Source: Candidatus Multivoradales bacterium (GTDB taxonomy: Bacteria; Acidobacteriota; Thermoanaerobaculia; Multivoradales; J023). Taken from it: a stretch of DNA of 64,000 nt. A program made the position numbers and the translations under genes. The notes beneath the pieces were generated by a model. The model made no database searches. It worked only from the letters and a program-made list of their open reading frames with translations, and was not told the origin of the DNA. The stretch spans positions 105,346 through 169,345 of the forward strand of contig CBDFNS010000023.1 of NCBI GenBank assembly GCA_965250305.1, written 5' to 3'. Below are positions 29,763 through 40,188 of this stretch, in pieces (position 1 is the stretch's first letter; each line of letters begins with the position of its first letter).

Positions 29763-31090
29763 CTTTCCCCTTGGTCGCTTGGTTGTCCCTCAGGGCGACC
29801 TACCGAAATGTAGTGGAAGCCTGCGGCTGCCATTTTCTCTGGCTCGTAGATGTTGCGTAGGTCGATTACCAGCCGCTTGGTCAGCAGGCCAGCGAGTCGG
29901 CTCAACTCGAGGTGACGAAACTGGTTCCACTCTGTCGCGATGACCAAAGCATCGGCCCCCGCCGCAGCGTCGTAGGCGTCTTCACAGTACACCACATCAG
30001 GATAGTCATCACGGCAGGCGTCCATCGCTTCGGGATCGTGGGCGCGCACCGTGGCGCCGCCAGCGAGCAGGCCTTCTACGATCGGCAGCGCGGGTGATTC
30101 GCGGATATCATCCGTGTCAGGCTTGAACGACAATCCGAGGACAGCTACGGTTTTTCCATCTAGGGAGCCGAGGGCGCCGCGGATCTTGTCCAGCATGCGG
30201 GCCTTGGTGGCATCGTTGGCCTCCAGAACCGCTTCGATAATGCGGAACGTCAATCCTCGGTCGGTTGCAATCTGGGCGACGGCCCGGGTGTCTTTGGGGA
30301 AGCAAGAGCCACCAAAACCAGGGCCTGGGTGCAAGAACTTGGGTCCGATCCGAGTGTCCAGTCCCATGCCGCGCGCGACCACCTCCACATCGGCCCCGTA
30401 GGCTTCGCACAGCGCCGCGACTTCGTTGATGAACGAGATCTTGGTTGCCAGGAAGCCATTGGACGCGTATTTGATCAGCTCGGCGCTCTCGACGTCCGTA
30501 ATGACGAACGGCACATTGGCGACCCGCAGCGGCGAGTAGATGTCCAGCATCAGCTCGATCGCGCGGGGGTCACGTGTGCCGAGCACCACCCGATCGGGGT
30601 GCAAGAAGTCATCGATCGCCGAACCTTCGCGCAAGAACTCGGGATTCGAGACCACGGCAAAATCTTGGTTGCCTCCTGAGTGCTCGGCAACGATCTCTTC
30701 GACCATTTGACCGGTACCGGTGGGGACCGTGCTCTTGGTCACGATGGCCTTATACCCATTCAGGTGCTGACCGATCGAAGCCGCAACCTGTCGTACGAAA
30801 GTCAGGTCCGCAGAGCCGTCGGGTCGAGGCGGTGTTCCCACCGCGATAAAGACAGCCTGGGCCGCTTCGATCGCGGGGCCGAGGTCGGTGGTGAACTGAA
30901 GCCGGCCGGCTTCCATGTTGCGGTGCACGATGCCCCGCAGCCCCGGCTCGAAGATCGGAATCTCGCCAGCGAGCAGGCGCTCGATCTTGGACTCGTCCTT
31001 GTCGACCCCCGTGACTTCCATGCCGAAATCGGCAAGGCAAGCCCCGGTCACCAGGCCCACGTAGCCGCTACCTACTACACAAATTCTCAT
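29759..31090 (-). CDS. ugd: UDP-glucose 6-dehydrogenase
   Basis: N-terminal GSGYVG Rossmann; catalytic Cys region [10 protein letters not shown]; typical UDPGDH length (443 aa). Confidence 0.9.
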   Translation of the reverse strand: MRICVVGSGYVGLVTGACLADFGMEVTGVDKDESKIERLLAGEIPIFEPGLRGIVHRNMEAGRLQFTTDLGPAIEAAQAVFIAVGTPPRPDGSADLTFVRQVAASIGQHLNGYKAIVTKSTVPTGTGQMVEEIVAEHSGGNQDFAVVSNPEFLREGSAIDDFLHPDRVVLGTRDPRAIELMLDIYSPLRVANVPFVITDVESAELIKYASNGFLATKISFINEVAALCEAYGADVEVVARGMGLDTRIGPKFLHPGPGFGGSCFPKDTRAVAQIATDRGLTFRIIEAVLEANDATKARMLDKIRGALGSLDGKTVAVLGLSFKPDTDDIRESPALPIVEGLLAGGATVRAHDPEAMDACRDDYPDVVYCEDAYDAAAGADALVIATEWNQFRHLELSRLAGLLTKRLVIDLRNIYEPEKMAAAGFHYISVGRPEGQPSDQGES

Positions 31091-31181
31091 CGGGCTGCCC
31101 TATCCGCCGTGCGCGTTTCGCCGTCTCGTCGGTGCGGGCGGGACGTCGTTGATTGGGAATGAAATGCCGCGGCACCGCCGA

Positions 31182-32153
31182 TCAGCGATGCGCTGCGCCT
31201 GCGTGGTTTTCGCGGTACCAAGCGACGAAGCGCTCGAGGCCGCGGCGGATCGGAACCTTGGGCGCGTACCCGAGCAAACGGCCCGCTTTGCGAACGTCGG
31301 CGTAGGTGATCGGGACATCGCCTGGCTGGTCGGGAAGATACTCGATTCGGGGTTCGACGGCAAGCGCAACCGCGAGGGCGTTCACCAGATCCAGCAAGCC
31401 GGTCGTCTCGGCACCGCCGAGATTGAAGATTTCGAATCCGGACGCCAGGTCCAGGGCGGCGACCACGCCGTCGATGATGTCGTCGACGTAGGTGTAGTCA
31501 CGCCGAGAGCTGCCGTCGCCGAATAGCGGAATGCTGGCGCCTCGGGCGAGCGCTTCGGTGAACTTGTGGATGGCCATTTCGGGCCGCTGCCTGGGCCCGA
31601 AAACGGTAAAGAAACGCAAACAGGAAACGCGGAAGTCATAGAGGTGATGGTAGTTGTAGCAGATTAACTCGCCGGTGCGTTTGGTGGTGGCGTAGGGGCT
31701 GATCGGCTGCTCGACAGGGTCGTCTTCGGCGAACGGCACCTTCTTGTTGATGCCATAGACCGAGGATGAAGATCCGAAGATGAAGATGCGCGGTCCGTGG
31801 GCGCGCGCCGCTTCTAGGAGCCTGAGCGTACCGATGCAGTTGACGTCCTCGTACAGGACCGGCTCGCTCAGGCTTGGACGGACGCCAGCGCGGGCCGCGA
31901 GATGAACGACAGCATCGAACCGGCCTTCGCGGAATAAACGGTCGACCAGAGGCTGATCGCGGATGTCGCCTTCGACGAGCTGGTAGCCGGTGTGACCTAG
32001 ATGCAGTTCGACGTTTTCTCGTTTTCGCCGTGGATCGTAGAAGTCGTTGAAGTCGTCGAGCACGGTTACGCGGTCACCACGCTCGAGCAGGCGGGATACG
32101 AGGTGTGAGCCGATGAAACCGGCGCCGCCGGTTACCAAGATATGAGCAGCCAT
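31182..32153 (-). CDS. NAD-dependent nucleotide-sugar epimerase (UDP-glucuronate/UDP-glucose 4-epimerase family)
   Basis: VTGGAGFIGSHL; SSSSVYG; YATTK catalytic motif. Confidence 0.85.
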   Translation of the reverse strand: MAAHILVTGGAGFIGSHLVSRLLERGDRVTVLDDFNDFYDPRRKRENVELHLGHTGYQLVEGDIRDQPLVDRLFREGRFDAVVHLAARAGVRPSLSEPVLYEDVNCIGTLRLLEAARAHGPRIFIFGSSSSVYGINKKVPFAEDDPVEQPISPYATTKRTGELICYNYHHLYDFRVSCLRFFTVFGPRQRPEMAIHKFTEALARGASIPLFGDGSSRRDYTYVDDIIDGVVAALDLASGFEIFNLGGAETTGLLDLVNALAVALAVEPRIEYLPDQPGDVPITYADVRKAGRLLGYAPKVPIRRGLERFVAWYRENHAGAAHR

Positions 32154-32201
32154 TGAGATTCGGATCGCTTCGTCGTATCGCTGGTTGTGGTCTCGGTGCC
32201 C

Positions 32202-33386
32202 TTACGGGTGATCGGGTTCATCCACTCGAGTGGGGTCAGACTTGGCTGGGGGTAAGCCGGAGGTCTCGTCGCGGTACCTTTTCTCGATGCCCTTCTTCTG
32301 CCGATTGCGAATCAACCAGCGAAGCAGTTTCGACTCGTTGACGCCAATAATAACATCGTTCAACGCTTCGTAGACGGATGGGTCTTCCAGCAATTTGGCG
32401 ACGGTCCCGTCACCTTCGCCGAATCGTCTCACTGCATGGTCGAGTCGCTCGAGAAGGCTTTGCAGTTCTTCGGTGATGGCGTTCGCGAACGCCTCGTCGT
32501 TGAGTAGCTTGGGCAGGAGACCGTCACCAGATTCGAATTGCTCGGCAACGCCGTCGAAGCGTGTGGTGGCCGATTCGATGTTGGTCAGGGTTTCCTCGAC
32601 ACGAAGACGTAGGTCCGGATCGTGGAGCAACGCGGCCACCAAGCCCTCGCCCTCTTCGGCCATCGCCAGGATGTTGTCGAAGCGTTCGACCGCTTGGGCC
32701 AGGCGATTCCCCAGTGCTTCGTCGTTGAGCAAGCGCCCGATTGGCCCTTTGCCTTCTTCAATTCCGCGGCCAGCGCGGTCGATGGTGTCGAGCAAGGTCT
32801 GCATGGTTTCCGTGATGCTTGGCTCGCCGGGTTGGCGCGGGCGCATCAGCTCGCCGAGGAGGCCTTGGCCGCTCTCCATGCGGGTCAGGATTTCTCTCAA
32901 GGAAACCGAGATCGAGACGATGTTCTCGACCACGTCTTCACCGGATGCAAGAAGGCGATCGACGTCGGTCGCGGCGGCCGCCTGGATTTCACCGCCGCGT
33001 TCGATTCGCGGCACGTCGGGTGAGCCCGACGTGAGCTCAATGAATTTGTCGCCGAGCAGACCGAGCGTCTTAATCCGGGCTTCTGAGTCGGCGCGAATGC
33101 GCTCGTCGAACCGTTTGTCGACGCTGATGGTGACCTCGAGTCGAGATTCGCCGGGATCCTGGGGTAGCCGGATGCTCCGCACCCGACCGACGTTCACGCC
33201 GTTGAGTTGAACCGGATTGCCGGATTGCAGCCCGGCGACCGTGGGCAAGCGAATTTTGTAGTGGTTTTTTGACTGGAAGAGGTTGTTCTGCTCACCGATG
33301 AGGAAAATTCCCGCGGCCAACACGGCGAGCGCCGCGAGTACGAGCAGACCGACTCGCAAGCTGCCACCTTCATGCTGCATCGTCAA
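32202..33386 (-). CDS. mlaD: MlaD/MCE-domain protein with a long C-terminal coiled-coil extension
   Basis: N-terminal TM + MCE domain (..QLNGVNVGRVRSIRL..), downstream of mlaE-mlaF in the same orientation. Confidence 0.75.
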   Translation of the reverse strand: MTMQHEGGSLRVGLLVLAALAVLAAGIFLIGEQNNLFQSKNHYKIRLPTVAGLQSGNPVQLNGVNVGRVRSIRLPQDPGESRLEVTISVDKRFDERIRADSEARIKTLGLLGDKFIELTSGSPDVPRIERGGEIQAAAATDVDRLLASGEDVVENIVSISVSLREILTRMESGQGLLGELMRPRQPGEPSITETMQTLLDTIDRAGRGIEEGKGPIGRLLNDEALGNRLAQAVERFDNILAMAEEGEGLVAALLHDPDLRLRVEETLTNIESATTRFDGVAEQFESGDGLLPKLLNDEAFANAITEELQSLLERLDHAVRRFGEGDGTVAKLLEDPSVYEALNDVIIGVNESKLLRWLIRNRQKKGIEKRYRDETSGLPPAKSDPTRVDEPDHP

Positions 33387-34167
33387 TCTCCGCTTGGCCG
33401 TTCAAGAACCGCATCAAGACCTCGTCGCCGCTGGTTTTGGCCTCTTCCCAGGTGCCCAAGAACCGAAAGTGGCCTTCTTCCAGGAACCCCAGCCGATCAC
33501 CGACGACCCGTGCTAGCGGTAGATCATGGGTTACCACGACCGACGTCACGCCGAGCCGGCTCTGGGTCCGGCTGATCAGCTGCGCAATGGCCGACGAGGT
33601 TACCGGATCGAGGCCCGTCGTCGGTTCGTCGTAGAGCATCGCCTCGGGCTCGAGTGCCAGAGAACGTGCAAGTGCTACGCGCTTGCGCATGCCGCCGGAC
33701 AGGGAAGAAGGCACTTTGCGCTCGACACCGGGCAGGCGCACGACAGCCAGGCGTTGACGCACGACCTCAGCGATACGATCTTCTTCGAAATCAGTGTGCT
33801 CGCGCAGGGGAAACGCGATGTTCTCGTAGACGTCCATCGAGTCGAATAGGGCGCCACCCTGAAAGAGCATGCCAATCCGGCGGCGTATCGGGTAGAGGGC
33901 CTTTTCGGTCAAAGCGGTGATCTCTTGACCGTCGAAGCGGACGGTACCGGCCTCGGGTCGTTCGAGGCCATTGAGTTGCCTCAGAGTCACGCTCTTGCCG
34001 CATCCCGATCGGCCGAGGATCACCAAACATTCGCCGCGCACCAGATCGAAGTCGAGACCATCGAGAATGGTGCGCGGTCCGTACGACTTGGTCAGTCCAC
34101 GGATCTCGAAGAGCGGCGTCTTTGGTTCATCTCGTGGTTTGGTCATTGCGAGCCCACCCTCAATCAT
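33370..34167 (-). CDS. mlaF: ABC transporter ATP-binding protein MlaF
   Basis: Walker A GRSGCGKS; signature LSGGMRKR; Walker B MLYDEPTTGLD; start may instead be the ATG at 34146. Confidence 0.85.
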   Translation of the reverse strand: MIEGGLAMTKPRDEPKTPLFEIRGLTKSYGPRTILDGLDFDLVRGECLVILGRSGCGKSVTLRQLNGLERPEAGTVRFDGQEITALTEKALYPIRRRIGMLFQGGALFDSMDVYENIAFPLREHTDFEEDRIAEVVRQRLAVVRLPGVERKVPSSLSGGMRKRVALARSLALEPEAMLYDEPTTGLDPVTSSAIAQLISRTQSRLGVTSVVVTHDLPLARVVGDRLGFLEEGHFRFLGTWEEAKTSGDEVLMRFLNGQAEIDDAA

Positions 34168-34931
34168 GGACTCACCATATAGAAGAGCTTGGTCAAGAAG
34201 AAGTCCGAGACCAAGATCATGATGGACGTCAGCACCACGGTGTTGGTGGTGGCGCGGCCGACGCCATCGGCGCCACCCTTCGCGTGAAGGCCGTGGTAGC
34301 AGCCGATGATGGCAATGAAATAACCGAAGAAGAACGACTTCCCGATACCGCTGAAAACATCCTGAACGGTGAGTGCACTCAGTACATCATTGATGTACAG
34401 GCCCGCCGATACATGCAGCTGACCGACCGCAATCACGAGGCCACCCAAGATTCCGAGCACATCGCCGATGATCGTCAGGCAAGGCAGCATGACCAGGGTC
34501 GCAACGAGCTTGGGTGTTACCAGCTTCTTGACCGGATCAGCGGCCATCGAGCGCAAGGCGTCGATCTGTTCTGTAACCTTCATCGTGCCCAGCTCGGCGG
34601 TCATGCCGGCGCCGATGCGGCCACCAACAATCAAGGCCACGAGCACCGGGCCCAACTCACGGGTGAGCGATTTGGAGACCACGGTGCCGATGTAGTATTT
34701 GACCCCCAGCGATGGCAGGCTATAGGCCGTTTGCAGCGCCAAGACCATGCCGGTGAAGATCGTCGTGATGCTGGCAACACCCAGCGAGCGCACACCGATC
34801 TGTTCCATCTGGCGAATCCACATCCCCACCCCATAAGGCGGCCGCACGGTGGCGACGAAGGCCTGCACCGTCAACGTGCTCAGCGCGCCAGCCTTGCGCG
34901 CGGCGTTCTCCAGCCCGGCGAACAGTCTCAT
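34164..34931 (-). CDS. mlaE: ABC transporter permease MlaE
   Basis: MlaE/TTG2B family pattern, 5 TM helices; stop overlaps the mlaF start (ATGA). Confidence 0.85.
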   Translation of the reverse strand: MRLFAGLENAARKAGALSTLTVQAFVATVRPPYGVGMWIRQMEQIGVRSLGVASITTIFTGMVLALQTAYSLPSLGVKYYIGTVVSKSLTRELGPVLVALIVGGRIGAGMTAELGTMKVTEQIDALRSMAADPVKKLVTPKLVATLVMLPCLTIIGDVLGILGGLVIAVGQLHVSAGLYINDVLSALTVQDVFSGIGKSFFFGYFIAIIGCYHGLHAKGGADGVGRATTNTVVLTSIMILVSDFFLTKLFYMVSP

Positions 34932-34943
34932 GCCTTCAAGGGC

Positions 34944-35354
34944 TCAGGACCGAATGGGCCACCAGAAGGCAGCATGGGCTGTAGCGAACGTCAGGTCGGC
35001 GATGCCCAGAGGAATGAGTCCCGCCAGATCAGGCCGGCCGTTGAAGGTGGCGAAGAGAAGGACCAGCCCGCCCAACCCGCGTCCGAGAATCGCAATGACG
35101 ATGTTGCCGCGATAGCTCACCGGGTCATAGGCCGCGAGGAGGTAGCAAGCCGCGAGCATGCTGAGCAGAATCGCGATCAGCCACAAGTAGTACCGCTCGC
35201 CTGGCTGCGGCAGTCCGAGTAGGTGCTCGGGAAGGCGCGGCGCCAGGACCATGACGACCGCGAAAATTAAATCGTATAGGGCGCCAGCGATCAGGCTGAT
35301 GCGCAACAGACGAAGAAAAGTCGCGTGTCGAGGGTGGGGGCCGGTTCGGGGCAT
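34944..35354 (-). CDS. hypothetical polytopic membrane protein
   Basis: 4 predicted TM helices; first gene of the mla-containing minus-strand cluster; no family recognised. Confidence 0.4.
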   Translation of the reverse strand: MPRTGPHPRHATFLRLLRISLIAGALYDLIFAVVMVLAPRLPEHLLGLPQPGERYYLWLIAILLSMLAACYLLAAYDPVSYRGNIVIAILGRGLGGLVLLFATFNGRPDLAGLIPLGIADLTFATAHAAFWWPIRS

Positions 35355-35456
35355 TGTAGATTCTTACCACATCGGTCCCGAGACAAGTGCATCCGAATCG
35401 GGTTTCGTTCACGGATGCACTCATCTCGGGACAGGTGACTGACCATCGAAAGTCTG

Positions 35457-36965
35457 TCAAGAAGAAGGGCAAGACGCGATGCAGGCGTTGAATGCCGCAC
35501 GACACTGAATGCTGCATTCTGGTGTGAAGTTACAACTTGGGCGGCAGGCGTTCAGGGCTGTCCTGCAGGTGTCAATGCAGGCTTCGCGCGGCGTTAGGGC
35601 TGGACAGGACGCTGGAGAGGCGATGTCGTAGCATTGTTGATACTGGCCCGTATCAGAGTGGTTGCTGGCCAGGGTGACGCCCGAGAGGGACACCATGCCG
35701 CCGTAGTTGTGGTTCGAGTAACCGCCACCCAAACTAACGGATGTGTTGTTCTTGATCCAACCACCTGTGGCGTCCGTTGTTCCACCGCTGTTGTGAAGAC
35801 CGCCGCCGAGGTAGCCCTGGTTGCCTTCGATTCGGGTGTCCACCAGATTCAGCGTTGTGTAATTGGTCAGACCGCCGCCGAAGCCACCAGCGAAGGAAAA
35901 GATATTGTCCTTGACCCGGCTGCGCAGGATGTGGAGTGAGCCGACGTTGAGGATCGCGCCGCCGTACAGCCCGGTATTGCCGGCCACGACCACCTCTTCG
36001 AGGGTCAAGTCGCCCGAGTTGAAAATGCCGCTGCCGGTGTTGCCGTCACCGCCGGTGATCGTAAGGTGTGCGAGGGTAACGGGGCTGCCGTGGATGTTGA
36101 AGACATTGGCCGCGCCGCCGCCGTCGATCCAGGTCCGGTTGACGCCCGCGCCCCGCAAGGTCAGCTCGTGGTCGAGGGTCAGAGGGCCGGGGTAGCTCCC
36201 CGGGCCGATGTCGAGCACGGTTCCGGGCGCGGCGGCCGTGATCGCGGCCTGGAGGTCGTTTTGAGGGCAACCGGACGCGCAGACGTCCCATGTCGTGCCC
36301 GCGTCACGGTAAGCAGCAACCGTGGGAGCGTTGTTGTTGAATACCGGTCCGTACTGCGTCGGGTTGTCGGTCTGGCCGTGGTTGAGACCCATCAGGTGCT
36401 GAAGCTCGTGGTGAAAGGTCGTGTAGCTGTGGCTGCGGACCACCGCGAACGCCCAGTCTTCCAGAACCGGCTGGTCGGGTGTCGAGGTCAAACCCAATTC
36501 GCCGTTGGTGAATGCGACCCCTAGAACGCCGCTCTCGGAGATGGTTTTTCCGATGAACAACACCACCAGGTCGGCGGCAACCGCCTCGCGGGCCGCGAAG
36601 ACGTCATCGAGGCGACCGTCGTCGGGGTTGCGCAGCATGTAGCGCATCGCTGGCATGGTGTTGATCGCTTCATCTTCCCAGTTGGTTTGGAAGAAATGGG
36701 GCCGCAGCTCGACCTCGATCCCATACTGAGCGTAGGTGCCATGAATCACATTGATCCGCGAGCGGACTCTACTTTCGAGCTCGTTGGCATCGCCGTTGTA
36801 TGGGTATCGGTCGATGGCTTCCTGGGTATAGGCAAAGAGAACGTCGATCGGGGTCGTTGCGAAGGCTGCGAGGGCGTTCGTGAACAGGGCAATCGTGGCA
36901 ACGAGGATCAGCGGGGTGCGTGTGGTGTGTGTGGTGTGTGTGGTGTGTGTGGTGCGAAGGGTCAT
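35457..36965 (-). CDS. secreted zinc metalloprotease (HExxHxxGxxH) fused to a parallel beta-helix domain and a Cys-rich C-terminal tail
   Basis: Signal peptide after a THTTHTTHTT tract; HHELQHLMGLNHG metzincin-like motif; repeated G-rich beta-helix-like turns (GGDGNTGSGIFNSGDL, GNTGLYGGAILNVG); 12 Cys in the last 70 aa. Confidence 0.65.
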   Translation of the reverse strand: MTLRTTHTTHTTHTTRTPLILVATIALFTNALAAFATTPIDVLFAYTQEAIDRYPYNGDANELESRVRSRINVIHGTYAQYGIEVELRPHFFQTNWEDEAINTMPAMRYMLRNPDDGRLDDVFAAREAVAADLVVLFIGKTISESGVLGVAFTNGELGLTSTPDQPVLEDWAFAVVRSHSYTTFHHELQHLMGLNHGQTDNPTQYGPVFNNNAPTVAAYRDAGTTWDVCASGCPQNDLQAAITAAAPGTVLDIGPGSYPGPLTLDHELTLRGAGVNRTWIDGGGAANVFNIHGSPVTLAHLTITGGDGNTGSGIFNSGDLTLEEVVVAGNTGLYGGAILNVGSLHILRSRVKDNIFSFAGGFGGGLTNYTTLNLVDTRIEGNQGYLGGGLHNSGGTTDATGGWIKNNTSVSLGGGYSNHNYGGMVSLSGVTLASNHSDTGQYQQCYDIASPASCPALTPREACIDTCRTALNACRPSCNFTPECSIQCRAAFNACIASCPSS

Positions 36966-37319
36966 GGGTCGTCTCCTGGACGTATGGGTGGGTTGGTCGG
37001 ACTCGGCTCGTTGTGACCGCCGCGCGGGGTGCCTTGCCGCTTCGTCCGGTTGCCGCGTGGTCCGGAACTGGCGGGTGTGCATTCGGTGGCATCTTCGGCG
37101 TCGGTGACTCGACGTCCTTCAGCAGACCAGGAGACGGGGTGAGAAGGCCTCTAGGAAGACTCTGGGAGATGTTTGGAATCGGTGTGGGCGCGTTTGGATT
37201 TTGCGCAACATGTTGCAAAGAATGGGGAAGCACTCTTCGGAACTGTTTGGTCGCGGCTTCATCTTGACGCCGTCATGACAGCCAGGTAGGGTCCTGGGTG
37301 ATACTGGACAGGTTGGCGA

Positions 37320-38111
37320 ATGACGGCCGACAAGAATCACCGAAACCAACCCTCCGCGCTTCTGACCGCGTTTGCGACGGTTTTCGGACAAACGACCTTG
37401 GTCGTGGCGACCATCGTCTGTGGCCTGGCGTCCAGCATCCTGGGTTGGCTACCGCCGCGCGGCAACTGGACCTTCTGGCTGGGCAAGGTCTGGTCTTGGC
37501 TGCTGCTCTGGAGTGGCTTGATTCGGGTCCGGACGCGCTTCGCGGTCCCGCTCGATGCCGCACAAAGTTACGTGTTTCTTGCCAACCACCAGAGCTTGTA
37601 TGACATCCCAGCGTTGATTGCCAGTTTGCCGGGCCAAACGCGATTCTTGGCCAAACGCAGCCTGTTTCGCATTCCAATCTTTGGCTGGGCCTTGGCCGCG
37701 GGCGGTTTCGTGCCGGTGGATCGTGGAGACCGCAAGCGTGCCCGCGAGACCTTTGCTGTCGCCCTCGAACGGTTGCGGCAAGGCCGATCGATCGCGATTT
37801 TTCCGGAAGAAACGCGCTCGCTCGATGGTCGTCTCCTGCCCTTCAAACGTGGCGGGATCCTGTTGGCCTTGCGCAGCGGCTTTCCAATCATCCCGGTGGC
37901 GATTCGGGGCACAATGGCGATCCAGCCGAAGACGAGTTTCGTGATCCGTCCCGGTACGGCGGAGGTGAGCTTTGGCGCTCCGATTGCCACCGAGGAATTG
38001 ACCGTGCGAGATCGATCGGCACTCGAGTCACAAGTTCGCGGTGCAATCGAAGCGATGTTGGATCCCGCGTCACGCGACGCTTCTGCGGTACCCGCGGCCC
38101 AAGTCGGTTGA
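37320..38111 (+). CDS. plsC: 1-acyl-sn-glycerol-3-phosphate acyltransferase
   Basis: HX4D motif NHQSLYD, FPEETRS and PIIPVAI blocks. Confidence 0.85.
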   Translation: MTADKNHRNQPSALLTAFATVFGQTTLVVATIVCGLASSILGWLPPRGNWTFWLGKVWSWLLLWSGLIRVRTRFAVPLDAAQSYVFLANHQSLYDIPALIASLPGQTRFLAKRSLFRIPIFGWALAAGGFVPVDRGDRKRARETFAVALERLRQGRSIAIFPEETRSLDGRLLPFKRGGILLALRSGFPIIPVAIRGTMAIQPKTSFVIRPGTAEVSFGAPIATEELTVRDRSALESQVRGAIEAMLDPASRDASAVPAAQVG

Positions 38112-39247
38112 TTCAGTGTATTCTCGCCGCGACGCTTCGACGGGCCACGACTCTTTACGGAATGCCACCAATGCAAGATCTCGAATCGCGCGTCTGGGAC
38201 GCGCTCAAGACCATTCGCTATCCCGGCATGAGTCGGGACATCGTGTCGTTCGGTTTCGTGCGCACGGTGGCAATCGACGGTCGCTCGGCGAGCGTGATGC
38301 TCGAAATGTCCACGCACAACCCCGAGGCCGCGGAGCAGGTGCGTGACGCCGTCGCACAGGCGGTTGGTGGTCTCGATGGTGTCGAGCAGGTCGACGTGAA
38401 GATGAACGTGCAGCGGCCGGCCCAGTCGCCGGCGCAAAAGGCGGTTGCCCGTGACGCGAGCCTGATCCCCGAAGTTCGGCATGTGGTGGCCGTGGCTTCG
38501 GGCAAGGGCGGGGTTGGCAAGTCGACCGTGGCTTCGAACCTGGCGGTGCGTTTGGCGCAGTTGGGGCACCGGGTCGGTTTGCTCGACGCTGATATCTACG
38601 GGCCGTCGGTGCCCACGATGTTTGGGATCGACGAGCGGCCGCGGGTTGAAGGCAACAGGATGCTGCCCTTTGAACGCTATGGCATTTCGTTGATGTCGTT
38701 GGGTTTTGTCCTGGAGGCCGACACGCCGGTTGTATGGCGCGGACCGATGGTGATGCGGGCACTGGAGCAACTGCTCGGCGATGTCGCCTGGGGCGCGCTC
38801 GACTATCTGATCGTCGATTTGCCGCCAGGAACCGGTGATGCACAGCTGACCTTGACCCAGAAGGTGCCGCTTTCGGGGGCGGTGATCGTCACCACGCCGC
38901 AAGATGTCGCGTTGATCGATGCCCGCAAGGGCCTGGCGATGTTTCGCAAGGTCAACGTGCCGGTGATTGGCATCATCGAGAACATGTCGGGGTTCTGCTG
39001 CCCGAGCTGCGGCACCACCACGGACATCTTCAAGTCTGGCGGGGGGCAACGCATTTCCGAGGTGCTCGGCAGTGCCTTTTTGGGGCGAATTCCATTGGAT
39101 CCTGCAATCGTGGCGGGTGGTGATGACGGGGTGCCGATTGTTGTGTCCGCGCCGGATGGCCCCCATGCCGATGCGTTCCTTCGCGTTGCCGAATCGGTGC
39201 AGACCGAGGTCGCCAAACGTGCCGCGCCAAAGCTGACCATTGCCTAA
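38108..39247 (+). CDS. apbC: Mrp/ApbC/NBP35-family Fe-S cluster carrier ATPase
   Basis: Deviant Walker A ASGKGGVGKST; CxxC (CPSCG) motif; N-terminal DUF59-like domain; true start may be the ATG at 38162. Confidence 0.85.
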   Translation: MIQCILAATLRRATTLYGMPPMQDLESRVWDALKTIRYPGMSRDIVSFGFVRTVAIDGRSASVMLEMSTHNPEAAEQVRDAVAQAVGGLDGVEQVDVKMNVQRPAQSPAQKAVARDASLIPEVRHVVAVASGKGGVGKSTVASNLAVRLAQLGHRVGLLDADIYGPSVPTMFGIDERPRVEGNRMLPFERYGISLMSLGFVLEADTPVVWRGPMVMRALEQLLGDVAWGALDYLIVDLPPGTGDAQLTLTQKVPLSGAVIVTTPQDVALIDARKGLAMFRKVNVPVIGIIENMSGFCCPSCGTTTDIFKSGGGQRISEVLGSAFLGRIPLDPAIVAGGDDGVPIVVSAPDGPHADAFLRVAESVQTEVAKRAAPKLTIA

Positions 39248-39272
39248 TTCGTCCCCAACACCTCGTTGAATC

Positions 39273-39956
39273 ATGGCTGTTGCGGTCATCGCAGATTCCC
39301 ATTTGGGTGGCCCGGGCGGCACTGCTGGACCGTTGATTGCCCAGTTGGATGCGCTGCCCGGCCAGGGTTGCGAACAGCTGATTCTCTTGGGTGATATTTT
39401 TCACGTGTGGGTTGGTGATCGTCGATTCGAAACCGATGAGGTTCGCGCGTTGGTTCCTGCGCTCGAACGTCTTCGGGCAGCGGGTGTCGCTATTGATTAC
39501 GTTGAAGGCAACCGGGACTTCTTCTTGGCCGACGGTCCGTATGCGCGGCTGTTTGACCAGGTCGCAACCGAGGTTGCGGTCACGGTCGACGGGGTTCGCT
39601 ACTTGGCTGTGCATGGTGATGGACTCAATGACCGGGATCGCCAGTATCTGTTTTGGCGCTGGCTCTCGAAGAGTGCGCTCAGCCGTTTTCTGATCAGGCG
39701 GCTGCCCGGAAGCCTGGCCCAGCGCCTGGTGCGGGGGACCGAAGCCAGGCTCGGACGAACCAACTTCAAGCACAAGATGCAAATCCCGGAGGCGCCCATT
39801 CGGCGCTATGGCGCGGCGCGGTTGGCCGAAGGGCACGATGTGTTGTTGTTGGGGCACTTTCATGCGCCCCACCGCTGGTCGCTGGCGTCGGGTGGCGAAG
39901 TCCACCTGCTCGATGCGTGGTTCAACAGCCGTAAGGTGGAGTGGCTCGGGCGGTGA
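39273..39956 (+). CDS. lpxH: UDP-2,3-diacylglucosamine diphosphatase (LpxH)-like metallophosphoesterase
   Basis: IADSHLG, LGDIFHVWVGD, GNRDF, HGD motifs parallel LpxH. Confidence 0.65.
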   Translation: MAVAVIADSHLGGPGGTAGPLIAQLDALPGQGCEQLILLGDIFHVWVGDRRFETDEVRALVPALERLRAAGVAIDYVEGNRDFFLADGPYARLFDQVATEVAVTVDGVRYLAVHGDGLNDRDRQYLFWRWLSKSALSRFLIRRLPGSLAQRLVRGTEARLGRTNFKHKMQIPEAPIRRYGAARLAEGHDVLLLGHFHAPHRWSLASGGEVHLLDAWFNSRKVEWLGR

Positions 39957-40188
39957 ACTGTACGCCTTTGATTCCGCAAGAGGTCTGGCCTCACCGTATG
40001 GCATGGTGATGTCGTCGCAGTTGCCGTCATGTCGGACGGGCTAGTTCGTTCGCCCGATCGCTTATCGAGGATGCTGAATATGACAAGATTGTTACAGTTT
40101 CGGAGAAGCAGTTTGGCCAGAGAGCCAGGCCGAGTTGGTGGTTGCGTTTGCGGCCAGCAATTGGTTTTGCGCAATCGGGAAGCACGTC

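Noticed and set aside
38205-38843. 212-aa antisense ORF inside apbC, and similar antisense ORFs inside the ADOP permease (43045-43653, 43524-44093) and other genes
   Set aside because: Overlap well-supported sense genes entirely; Arg/Pro-rich; no motifs.
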